A DNA stretch of 64,000 nucleotides, from the NCBI RefSeq assembly GCF_036321535.1, contig NC_087436.1, positions 109,494,001 through 109,558,000 on the forward strand, read 5' to 3'. Source of the DNA: Camelus dromedarius (lineage: Eukaryota). Below are positions 25,482 to 36,845 of this stretch, in pieces (the stretch's first letter is position 1; each line of letters begins with the position of its first letter). The notes under the pieces are model-generated. The model had not been told where the DNA came from. It ran no database searches and saw only the letters and a list, made by a program, of their open reading frames with translations. A program made the translations under genes and the position numbers.

Positions 25482-25570
25482 TTTTTTTTTTTTTAATTGG
25501 AGGTACTGGGGATTAAACCCAGGACCTTCTGAATGCTAAGCACACACTCTACCACTGAGCTACACTCCCT
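25482..25570 (-). mobile_element. tRNA-Ala(AGC)-derived SINE with poly(A) tail (camelid Vic-1-like), or a tRNA retropseudogene
   Basis: Minus strand reads AGGGAGTGTAGCTCAGTGGTAGAGTGTGTGCTTAGCATTCAGAAGGTCCTGGGTTTAATCCCCAGTACCTCCA-ATT-A13: A box, degenerate B box, AGC anticodon, A tail. Confidence 0.85.
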
Positions 25571-28382
25571 CTTTATTAAAATCTTTTTTTTAACCAGTAT
25601 GAGCATTCTAAAGATATTGTTCTCAAAATTACTTTTTTCACTTAAAATTTATAAGGGGTTATTTCTTGCTGTATTGCATATAAATTTAATAAATCATTTA
25701 AATCAATGTCTAATATTTCATAATATGGATGCATTATTCTTTTTAATATAACTTTGGTATTATTATTTATTTCTATGGAAACAATTCCTCAGAATGAGAG
25801 TGCTGGATCAAAAGTAATTTTACAGAAGCGGTCTAAGGGTCTCTACATTCAGTGTATACATTCTCACTTAATTGCTTGCTTTCATTTTAATACGCTTGTC
25901 ATCAGTTATGCTTTGGCTCCCATTCCAGAGTCTTTTTAAAGATATCTTTTACAGTGAATAACTGTCACATCTTTAACCAGGATACGGCAAATCTGTCTTC
26001 CAACTGCTCAAGGTGGAGAATTAGATGTGGAAGGGGAGGTGTGTAAAGGATTCTTAAGTGGAATTTTTGTCAATATTCCAGTTTTTAGCCCTGACATCAC
26101 CCTTCTGCAAGGTACTAGGTCAACACAATTTATGACTCTTCTGTGTATGTTTTAGTAGGTCGAGGTGCTTAGCAGCTTTCTTAGGTCCTCATTTAGAGCT
26201 CAGCTTTCTTGGTCTGCTGAGTTGCAGAGTCTGCAGCTTGGAAAAACTGCATGCTGTTGCCTCCATTCTCCTTGGATTTACAGATGGTTTAAAAAAAAAA
26301 TCACTTTTTTGTTTTGTTTTGTTTTCATGAAGTCTGGAGTAGAGAGGAAAGCTAATGAATGGAGAGCATTTCAATCTGTCATCCTGATGGGAAGTCTCCA
26401 AGTTACTTCTTTTATCATGAGTGGGACTTCTTCAGTTTAGATGGCTTGTAACCTTGGACATTTTAGTTGACAGAGGGGTGCCATTCGGGTGTGAAGGCAG
26501 TCTACTCCCTTTGGAAAACGTTCCTTTGTGTTTCTCAATGCAAGGATTTGAATACCATACAAAGTGGAAGAGGTCTTAGAGATCCCCCACTATAGTACCT
26601 TCACATTACATATGAAGAGACAGAAGCCCAGGGAGTGTAAAAGTCTTCCCAGGTTCATCTGGGTGATAATTAGTGGAGTAAACATTTAATCTTGTTTAGG
26701 TCTCCATGTACTCTTCCCTCCACTTATGCTACAACTTAGATTTCCAGTTTCCCAGCATTTTCTACCATACTATGCAGAGGACCTGAGCATTATTTATATG
26801 TTTGCATGTTTATTTATTTGGTATCTAGGTCTCCCCCAAATAAATATTCCATGAGGTCAGTGAATACCTGTTTGTACTGTCTTTTTCATTCATCGCAGTG
26901 CCAAAGAATGCTATCTGCAGCACTCAATAGTGGCTGGACATATTTTAAATAAAGTATTGGATATATTAATACAACTGCTTTTTAGGTTGGAATGGTGACA
27001 TTTTATCATACTGATCCCCACGAAGAGTGGAGTTATTCTTCTGTCTGAAGACCCATCTGATACTCCTCTTCTCAGTCCTGCTGCACATACCACATAGCAT
27101 AACACTGACCCGGGATTGTTTTTACTGCAGATGCAGGTGAATGACATTTATTATTCTATTGACAATTGAAAATATTTAATGATTCCGATAATAATCAACA
27201 AAGTGTGCTTTTGTAAAACAGAATACTTAACAAAATTTACAATTTTCTTGATAATCCATAGTTATCATTATAAACATATAAATTATACCATCTTACTCTA
27301 TCTTATTACTTACTTACTACTTCTCTTATTATTTTCTCTACCTTCACTTAAACACAAAAAGAAAAATAACATATATTCCATTTTGTCTCTTCAAGTAAGA
27401 AAAAAATTTTTTTTTAATCAGAAGGAAATATATTTTCATATTGTGGTCTAAATTGATTTAGCAGAATTTAAGCTAAATATTAAGGGACTTGATATTTTTA
27501 AACATCTATGCTCTACCATTCAGAAACCTATTATAAAGTTATATAAAATGTCTCTGTATTTGGTGTGTCACCTACAAATAGTGCTTTGATCAGGTCCCAG
27601 ACTGCACATTTTAGTAAAAAGAATGTGTGGAGGAGAACAAAAAATATCCACTCTATATTTATCAAAATTAAAATGAATTTTAATTTATGCTTCAAGGGAC
27701 TTCCATTTATCGTTCTAGTTGACAGATGAAAGAAGCTATAAGAAAGTGTAAGTGATTTACTAAGGAGAAAGATAAAACTGCTTTGCCTGTTATGCTTGAC
27801 TTTTGTTTCTCGGAAATGCAAAACATTTTTATCGAAGTGTTCCTTATGGTCCTGAGGGTGGAGAACCCTGGAAAGAAAGATCTTAACATGATTTTTCCGG
27901 TTTTCACAGATCAGTTTTAGCATTCATGAGATTATTGAAGGCCAACAGTTTCTTACATCAGATTCATGGGGCATAAACTACTAAAATATTTAGTTCTTGA
28001 GAAAAAAAGACAAATGAGCAGTCAGATCAGCTATAGAGCTTGAAATGAAAGGAAAGGCTCTGATGAGGTGACGTGGGAAACAGCAGGAGGCAAACGGATG
28101 CTACAACAGAAAGAAGGAAATGAGAAGCGAGCCTTATGATTATGTGTTTTGTTAGAAGGCAAAAGGTCTTTTAGTAACTCTTCCTCACCCTCTGGCCTAA
28201 TGAGAAAACTGAAGATATGAGGTATTTTATTAACGTGTAGGAGCTTTTTATTTCAAAACATCGCTGCCTACTCCTGAAAGTATTCTGCGCTCTTTCTGCT
28301 ACACCAGCGCTCAATAATGTATTGTGCTGTATGGGATCCTAATGCTTGACGTCCTGAGCTGTTTACGTAGAGATCTAGAAGA

Positions 28383-28615
28383 CAGTGGTTAAACATGGAC
28401 TCTGGAATCAAACTCTGGAATCTGTCCAGTGGTGTGGCCTTGAGAAAGTTACTGAGGCTCTCTCAGATTCAGGAAAAAAGAGAATAGGAGAGCATACATG
28501 CTTTCAAGTGGTTATTGTACGGGTTAGACAGATTACTGTGTGTAAAGCACTCAGAACAGTGCTTGGCAGGTGTCGAGGTCACTGGAGGTCTATTGGCTAT
28601 CAATATTTCCTAACG
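28383..28615 (+). mobile_element. MIR SINE
   Basis: AGTGGTTAAACATGGACTCTGGAATCA...GTGGCCTTGAGAAAGTTACT...TGTAAAGCACTCAGAACAGTGCTTGGCA. Confidence 0.8.
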
Positions 28616-28935
28616 TAGCTAATGTCTGGATTATCCTTTTATGCTAATCTACATTAACCTCATTCTTGTACTTTCCTTTCCCTCAAGTCAAAGGTTTTTA
28701 GTTACTTGAGAAATTTAGGACTTTCTGGCCTCTAATCCTTTGCCCATGCAATTTTCTCTACCTGAATTAACTTCCTCTGCAGTTTCCACCTTGCTAAACT
28801 GGCCTTAGCACAAGTGTCACTTCTTTAAAAAGCCTGCCTTTTTTTTTCATGAACTGAATATCTCTCTTCCAATTGAATCTACTGTCATATTTCCATGTGT
28901 CATTTATCATACTTTGTCTTGCAAAATCTTTGTGG

Positions 28936-29130
28936 TATAAGGGATGTTTCTTTTTTATTCTTTAATTTTTTATTGAAGTATAGCTGATTTACAATATGTG
29001 TTAGCTTCTGGTGTACAGCATAGTGATTGCTATAATATATATTCTTTTTCATTATAGGTTATTACAAGATATTGAATATAGTTCCCTCTGCTGTACAGTA
29101 GGACCATGTTGTTTATAAGGAATGATTCTT
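28936..29130 (-). mobile_element. Short L1 3' UTR insertion (~160 bp) with 17-bp TSD
   Basis: TTTTATTGAAGTATAGCTGATTTACAAT...GCTGTACAGTAGGACC. TSD TATAAGGGATGTTTCTT (28936-28952) / TATAAGGAATGATTCTT (29114-29130), 2 mismatches, followed by AAA (TTCTT/AA endonuclease-type site). Confidence 0.9.
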
Positions 29131-29964
29131 AAACTAAGATTTGTGGATCCTGGGGGTCTTCAGACATATTCCATAAGAATTTATAAATTTTGTATTTTCC
29201 TTTGTATAAGGATCTTAAAAAATAGTATAAGCGTATTCTGAGTCACCTGTATAACATCACTGTAACTGAGGATTGACATGCATTTTTATTGCCCATCTTT
29301 GCATTTATGTCTACAATCACCTTCACAAGAAATAAAGGACAGAACACTTCTCTTGGCGTGGTAAGACAGGTTTCATGAGAGTCCAGAAGGAAAGAGTCAT
29401 GGGTGAAAGTGAATCTTTGCACATCATAGAGCATGGGGGTCACCAAACAACTCATGCTCTCTGTGCCATATTCATTAATGGTAAAAATGATGCTTGGGGG
29501 ACATTTTTCATCTTTTATATACCAATTATCCAAACTTCACTGGCAATAAGCATGGTAACAAATATGCAAAGAATATGTTTTCTTTTTTCATATTGTAGCT
29601 TGAAATGTACTATTAGACTGGCCCATCAAAATAAAAAACAATTTCATTGTTAATAAGAAAATTAAAACAAGTGATTATCATGGTGACTCAAACTATGACT
29701 CTGCACACAAATTCAAAAGAATCAATTAGAAAACACATGAAACACAAAAATATGCTAATATGTTTCTATTATTGAATGTAATATCAGCAAATTAGTTTCA
29801 ACAAATCAACATAAGTATCATAAAACTAATCTATAACATTTAACTGTAAATATACAGTTTAAATAAGCTATAAATTAGACATTAAATCTATAACAATATA
29901 AAATTAAATAATGTCATTTTTAACTCTTTTATTGATTTTTCAGTTTATTAATTTTAAATTTATT

Positions 29965-31620
29965 CTTTAATTCAGCAATTATTTATTGTCTGACTATGCA
30001 CAAATCAATCACTTAGTTATTAGAAATATAGCAGTGAACTGATAAAAATCCTTCTCCTTGTGGTTTTTTACTTTAATGAAAGAGGAGACAGTCACCAATA
30101 TGAATATGTAAAATATACAGTGTGTGAGATAGATTAGAGATAAGGAGGAAAAATAAAATAGGGAAAGGGAAAGAGGAGAGTTGAGGACACTTACAATTTT
30201 AAATAATGTCAAGAAAGGTCTTCCTGAGTTGGTAAATTCCATCAAAGACCTGAGGGACTTCCATGTAGATAACCAGGGAAGGGCACTTCTGGCAAAGGGG
30301 ACTAGAAGATACTAATGCCCTAAGGCAAGAGCGTGCCTGTGTATTTGTTGAGAATGATCAGGTCCATGTGGCCCAAGAGATCTAAATATGGGACTGCCGT
30401 AGAAGAACATTGCTACGATTTATATCAGAGAATGTTTTGTTATGTTTTCTTTGAGGAGGGTTTTGGTGTCTTATGTTTAAGCCATTTTTATTTTATTTTT
30501 GTGTATTGCATGAGGGAATGTTCTAATTTCATTGATTTACATATGATTGTCTAGCTTTCCCAACAGCATTTGTCAAAGAGCCTGTCTTTTCTCCATTGTA
30601 TATTCTTGCCTCCTTTGTTGAAGGTGAATTGACCATAGATGTGTGGGTTTATTTCTGGGCTCTCTATTCTGTTCCATTGATCCATATGTCTGTTTTTGTA
30701 ACAATACCATGATGTTTTGATTACTGTAGCTTTGTAGTATTGTCTGAGGTCTGGGAGGGTTATTCCTCCAGCTTTGTTCTTTTTCTCCAGTATTGCTTTG
30801 GCAATTCTGGGTCTTTTGTGATTCCACATACATTTTAGGATGATTTGTTCTTGTTCTGTGAAAACAGATTAACAACGAGGTCCTACTGTATAGCACAGAG
30901 AACTATGTTCAATATCTTATAATAACCTATAATGGAAAAGAGTATGAAGAGGAATGTATATATATATTCCTGAATCACTATGCTGTACATCAGAAATTAA
31001 CACAACATTGTCAACTGACAATATCTCAATAATAACTAACTAACTAACTAACTAACTAAATAAATAAATAAATAAATAAGGGACAGAATAAAATGAAATA
31101 ACATTTGAGGTAAAAACACTGTATAGGGTCTTGTAAGTCACAGGAAGGATTTTGGCTTTTATCCAGAGTCCAGTGGAAACCGTTGGACACACTGGAGCAG
31201 AGAAATGTTGTGATCTAATTTAGTTTAGCAAGAATTCCTTGGACTGCTGTGTTGAGAATGAACTTAAAGACATCAAGGACAACAGCGAAGAGCCCCGTAG
31301 GGAGCCTGCTTCAGGTGGGAGATACCAGCGACCTGAACCAGGATGGGAGAAGTTGGGGTTGTTGGAAAATCTAACTTTTGGATATATTTTGAAAATAATA
31401 AAACTAACAGGATATGCTGTTGGTCTGGGTGTGTGGAACAAGAAAAAGACAAGTTAAAGATGGCATCAATATTTTTTACTTGTAATATGAGATGAATGCA
31501 GTTGCCGTTAACTGAAATAGAAAAGACTCTAGAACAAGCAGGTTTGGGTATAGAACTAAATATTAGGAGACCAATTTTCACATGGTAAGTTTCAGAAGAC
31601 TCACATCCAATGGGGATATC
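29965..31620 (-). mobile_element. L2 LINE fragment interrupted by the L1 at 30383-31084
   Basis: TTTAATTCAGCAATTATTTATTG start; L2 sequence resumes after the L1 (GGATTTTGGCTTTTATCCAGAG, GGATATATTTTGAA, GATGAATGCAGTTGCCGTTAACTGA). Confidence 0.8.
30383..31084. mobile_element. 5'-inverted L1: antisense ORF2 piece (~30395-30864), then sense 3' UTR (~30861-31030), then (TAAC)n(TAAA)n tail
   Basis: Minus ORF 30551-30829 [38 protein letters not shown] is L1 ORF2p. AACAACGAGGTCCTACTGTATAGCACAG is L1 3' UTR on +. TSD TAAATA(T/A)GGGAC at 30383-30394 and 31073-31084. Confidence 0.88.
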
Positions 31621-31769
31621 TTTTGGTTTGCGGGTTTCACAAAAGTTATAAAAATGAGTTTTATATTTAAGAAGTAACATTATCAAAATCATCATTTAAA
31701 TCACCAATGTGAGTCTACCAGTTTTCTCCTTTAAGAGGTACTAAGTCATCATTTGATTTTAAGAAACAC

Positions 31770-32000
31770 TATGATAGGTGGGTTAAGAGCTCACAGCCCT
31801 TTGAAGTCAAGTAAACCAAAATTTGAGTTCTGATTCAGTTATTTTCTAGATATGTGACTTTATATGAATGATTTATTTGAGCATCTATTTACTTGTAAAA
31901 AAGTGGGCATAGTAATACCGAATAAGAAGGTTGTGAGAATTAAATTAGGTAGTGCCCATACAATATATAACTCAAAGTCTTATATGTCACCTTAATTAAT
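31770..32000 (+). mobile_element. MIR SINE
   Basis: GGTTAAGAGC...TTGAAGTCAAG...TTTGAGTTCTG...TGTGACTT...GGTTGTGAGAATTAAAT. Confidence 0.7.
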
Positions 32001-32385
32001 GCCCAAGCAAAATGTTTCTTCCCTTTCCTGAAACCACCTTGATAAACTCTGAAAAAGCAGCAGAATTTGATTTGGAGACGCAATAGGGCTGGTTCAGTCA
32101 GGAATGTGAGCCGTGAGAACAGAGGTAAGGATCAGTCATCCTAAAAGCATATATTTGAGAGTGGAGAGCCAGGGATTTCATACCCCAGGAAGTATGAATT
32201 GAAGCCAAATATTTGGACATGATATGAAGGCCAAAAGAGAGCCTTATTAGGTAAATGAAAGCAGATTGTGTACATACGTGGAACTTCTCAGGCTCAGTAA
32301 AGATGAGGTAGGTTAAACAAATGATGGATATGAGGTACGAAAATGGTAGATACCAACATTTACTGAGTACCTCTTTGAAAAGCAC

Positions 32386-32434
32386 AGTAATGGGTACTAT
32401 CTTAGTAATGGGTACTATCTTAGTAATAGGTACT
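32386..32434. repeat. 18-bp tandem repeat AGTAATGGGTACTATCTT x ~2.7
   Basis: Copies at 32386-32403, 32404-32421 and a partial copy at 32422-32434. Confidence 0.95.
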
Positions 32435-33885
32435 TATGAAATCTTTACAATACAATGTATCAGCTGCTCAAAGTTACAGAAATGGAATTTAAGCCCAGGT
32501 CTTCTATGTTTAGTAACCTTTACCATAACCTCATGGGACTGATTTGTTCTTAGGGAATTTAAACAAACTATATGTACAAAATGTAAACAAACATACACAT
32601 ACTTATCTATTATATATCCATGTCCATTCACATACACACATACACACGCACACATACACATATATATGTATACAAGTGGTTGGTGTTATTTCTAAGCTAT
32701 CCGAGCTCAAGATAAGCTTAGAGAAAGTGTAGAGACAGAGTTAATAAATTTAGTAAAGGATCTGAAGGCAGGCTCTGGGCATCTTCTTAAGGCAAAACAA
32801 AAACTACTTCAAGATCTGGGAAGGAGAACATTCCTGCCATTCTCTGAACTCTTCATTTTGGGGGAGGAAGCAGGGTCCCTGGAGTTGACTTCTAACAGAG
32901 GAGGACTGGGCAGTAACTCAGTGAGGGCAGAGAGCAAGTCGCCCTCATTTACTATTCCTCTCAGGAGCCAGCCTCCTGAGCTCTAAAAAGTCATATGGAT
33001 TTCAATCAGTGTCCCACTCCCCATAGTTACATAATTAGCTCTCCACATCAATGAAATCCTCAATTCACTTTTGATGGGTTGCTCTATATCCTGCTGTGGT
33101 TTCTCAGCAGTCCATCAAATTAAAAATGTCAGCATGTTCTTTAGAGGATAGTAGACAATGAAGTCAGTCCAATCCAAAGACAAAGTAGCTGAACTTTCCA
33201 TAATGAAGTAGTCCTGTGTCACTGAAGAGTTTCACAGGCACAAATACCCTAAGAATCACCATACTGGAGTCTAACCAAAGTTCACTCAGCCTGGAATTCT
33301 GTCTTATTTGTGTTGGTACAAGATCATCTGGGTGAGAAGAGAGTTGTCATTCATTACAGTAACCTTGATAGCATAAGAATGTACCACCGAGAAATATCCT
33401 CAACTTTTCCAGATTTGTGATTCAACATTCCTGAGAATTTTTCTCAACTATCACTGCATGATCAAGATTATTAGGCACTAAATATAAAACCATTTTATTT
33501 TCCTTATGCCAATTTATTTCAAAAGATGAAGTACTATATTTCATATTGTATGAAAAAACTATGCTCTTTTATATTTATCATAATGTTATGCATAGTTAAC
33601 ACATGTATGATGTATAAAATATTGTATAGAACTAAGTTTTCTGTATTTAGGTTAGGTTCCTGATATTTGCTCATTTGCTAGTCTGTCTGGTACAGTTTAG
33701 TTGAATTGTAATTAACTAATAATTTTGTGAAGTATTATTTAACATCTGTCTTCTTTACTAGACTGTAGTCATCTGGAGGGTAGAAATTATAACTATCTTA
33801 GTCACTTTGTATCATTGGCACTTAGTAGGTATCTCAATAAATATTTGTTGAATAAATGTAAGAAATAAAAATCATAATTTATGGA

Positions 33886-34291
33886 GGACTTACACTTTCA
33901 GGAAGATAGAAAAGACACTCTTTGCTCTATTCCACCTTCTAAGTACAGACATAAACACTCTTGGCTACATTTTTATCTATATCTATATATGGAGAGAGAT
34001 AGAGAGGGAAAGAGAGAGAAAGAGAGAGACCCTGAAAGGTGGAGAGAAGAAGAGAAACCAATAGGGATATATTGGGACTGATACTGCGGTGTTTCCTGGG
34101 ATTTTCTTTGTGCCTCATATAGCTCAGATTGGGAGCTGAAGAAGCCAGTAACCCAGAAACACTAAGAACAGATCAAAAAATGGGTCTAAGAAAAACCCAC
34201 TTTCTTTAATCAAAGACAGAGGAAAGGTGAAGCACAGCAAGAAAGACATTTTTTGGAAAATAACTGCTCTACTCCAGCCCGAACTCACACA

Positions 34292-34341
<50 letters not shown>

Positions 34342-36845
34342 GTGGTCCCACTCCACTCTTTTAGCAAAAGCTGAGTGGAGAACCTAGATTTCCAATGTTG
34401 TCAGGTTGTAATGGGGCATCTCAATTCCCAAGCCAGGGTGGTGGCAGAGAGTGGACAGCTGGGATATTCACCCTCCTCACTGGCAGTAACAACAATGACC
34501 CCATGATGTTTGTGGAGACCACATGGGAAGCCTGCCTGGACTTTCACTTATTCAGAAGTGACGTCGTGCCCTTCTCCTTGTGGACTGGTATCAGGGAAGC
34601 CAAGCTGAGAGCTAGGACCTTCACTACCACCAAGCAGGAAGCTGTCTACTCTACAAAACCCGATAGCTAACATGATACTCAGTGGTAAAAGGCTGAATGC
34701 TTCCTTCTAAGATCAGAAGCCAGGCAAGGAGTCTGCTCTCAACCTTTGTGTTTAACACAGTGCTGGAAGCTCTAGCAAATGCAGTAAGGCTGGAAGAGGA
34801 AGTTAACAGGCACACAGAGTCAGAATGAAACACATACAACTGTCTCTATGTGTAGGGAACATCATCATCTCCATGAAAATTCTTACAGAATCTATCAAAA
34901 AAAAACAAAAACAAAAACAAAACAAACTCATAGGACTCATAAGTGTGTTTGGCAAGATCACAGAATATAAGATAAACATACAAAAATCAATTATATTTCC
35001 CTCTATATAGCAATTAGCACATGGGAAAATGTAAAATGTAATACAATTTACAATCATTTTAAAAATTAAAAATTTAGGTGTAAATATAACAAATCATTTG
35101 CAAGTCTTTTATGATAAAAACTACAAAACACTGTTAAAAACCCAAAGAAGATCTGTAAAACATGGAACAACTTGTACAGTGCTACGGATGAGGAGATCCA
35201 CACAGTAAAGGTGTTACTCTCCTCCAATGCGATATACAGGTCTAATGCAATTCTAATCAAAATCACAGCAAGATTTTTGTAGACATAGGCAAAATATTTT
35301 ACAATTTATATTAAAAGCAAGGGACTGGAATGAAAAAGCTAAACAAGTTGGGAAAAAAAAAAAAAAGAATAACATAGGAGGAATCGCTCTACCCCATTTC
35401 AAAACTTATAAAGCTGCAGTAACCAAGGCTGTGTGGTACTGGCAAAAGTTTAGACACACGGATCAGTGGAAGAGAAGAGGGAACCCAGATGCAGATCAAC
35501 AAAGATATATCCCAAAGACATTTGCCAAAGGTGCAAAATAAATTTTACAGAGGAAAGATGGCTTTTTAAAAGAATGATGCTAGAACATTTTTAGGCAAAA
35601 ACAAACCTCAAATAAAATCTCACATTATATACAGAATTAACTCAAAATTAGTGACAGACATATATAAAATGTAACTTTATAAAACTGTTAGAAAAATCTT
35701 TAGGATCTGAATCTAGACAAGAATTCTTAGACTTAATACCAGAAACAACCATAAAAGGAAGAATTGATGAATTGGATTTTTTGCAAAATTAGAACTTTTG
35801 TACTGTGAAAGAGCCTGTTAAGTGGATAAAAAGACAAGGTACAGATTTGGAGAAATCATTGCATATAAAACAAAAACCTAGTATCTAGAATGTATAAGAA
35901 CTCTCAAAACTCAACAGTAAAAAATCAAACAATGCAATTAGCAAATGAGGAAAGGCATGAAGAAACATTACACTGAAGAGGATATACAGATGGCAAATAA
36001 GTCTATGAAAAGATATTAATCATCACTCACCATTAAGAAAATGCAAATTAAAATTCCAGTGAGATATCAATACACACATATCAGAATGAATAAATTAAAA
36101 AAATATTTTAAAATAGTGACAATACCAAATGCTGGAGAGTATGTAGGAAAACTGGACCACTTATACACTGTGGATGGGAATGTAAAATGATGCAGCCATT
36201 CTGAGCACAATTTGGCATCTTAAAAATCTAAATCTGCAATTACCACACTACCTGGCAATTGCCCTCCTGAGCATTTATTCCAGAGAAATGGAAACTTATA
36301 TTCCTGCAAAAACCTGTGTGTGAATGTTTATGGCAGCTATATTTCTAATAGCTCAAAACTGGAAACAACCAGTGGATGAATGGGTGAATGATGGGGCACC
36401 CATACCATGACATTGCTACTCAGCAATCAAAAGGAATGGCCCATTACACAAAATAGCCTGGATGAATCTCTGGAGAATTATGCTTAGAAAATCAATAGCA
36501 AAAAGATCAGTATATGATTCCATTTGCATAGCACTCTTGGAATAACAAAATCATAGAAATTTAGAACAGATTAGTGGTCATCGTGAGTTAAGGAATATTT
36601 GGTGATGTAAAATAAAAGAAAAAGATTGTAGTCCCAAAAAGACAATATGAGTGATCATTGTGGTGGCAGAAATGTTCAATAACTTGACTGTCTTAGTGCC
36701 AGCATCCTGGTTGTGATATTGGACTATAGTTTTGCAAGATGTCACCATCAGAGGAAAGTGGGTAAAGGATATCCAGGATCTCTCTGTATCACTTCTTACA
36801 AAAGCATGTGATACATTTTCTATCATTGTATCAGAATTAAAAAAT
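33886..36845 (+). mobile_element. Old L1 (L1MC-like): putative 5' end joined to decayed ORF2 (RT to C-terminus) and 3' UTR
   Basis: ORF2 relics ANMILSGKRLNA, FNTVLEALANAVR, IQLSLCVGNIII (cf. KLSLFADDMI) and KINIQKSI from ~34655. L1MC-type 3' end GATGTCACCATCAGAGGAAAGTGGGTAAAGG...CTCTCTGTA. The 5' part (33886-34650) is assigned from memory with lower certainty. Confidence 0.85.
34286..34336. repeat. (CA)n microsatellite
   Basis: Read directly. Confidence 0.97.

Noticed and set aside
25498..25570. Functional tRNA-Ala gene
   Set aside because: B box mutated, stems mismatched, and followed by an A tail rather than a T-run terminator, so it is a retroposed copy.
29428..29460. Hairpin AGAGCATG...CATGCTCT as a miRNA-like stem
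   Set aside because: Only an 8-bp stem with a 17-nt loop, too short for a pre-miRNA and within chance expectation.
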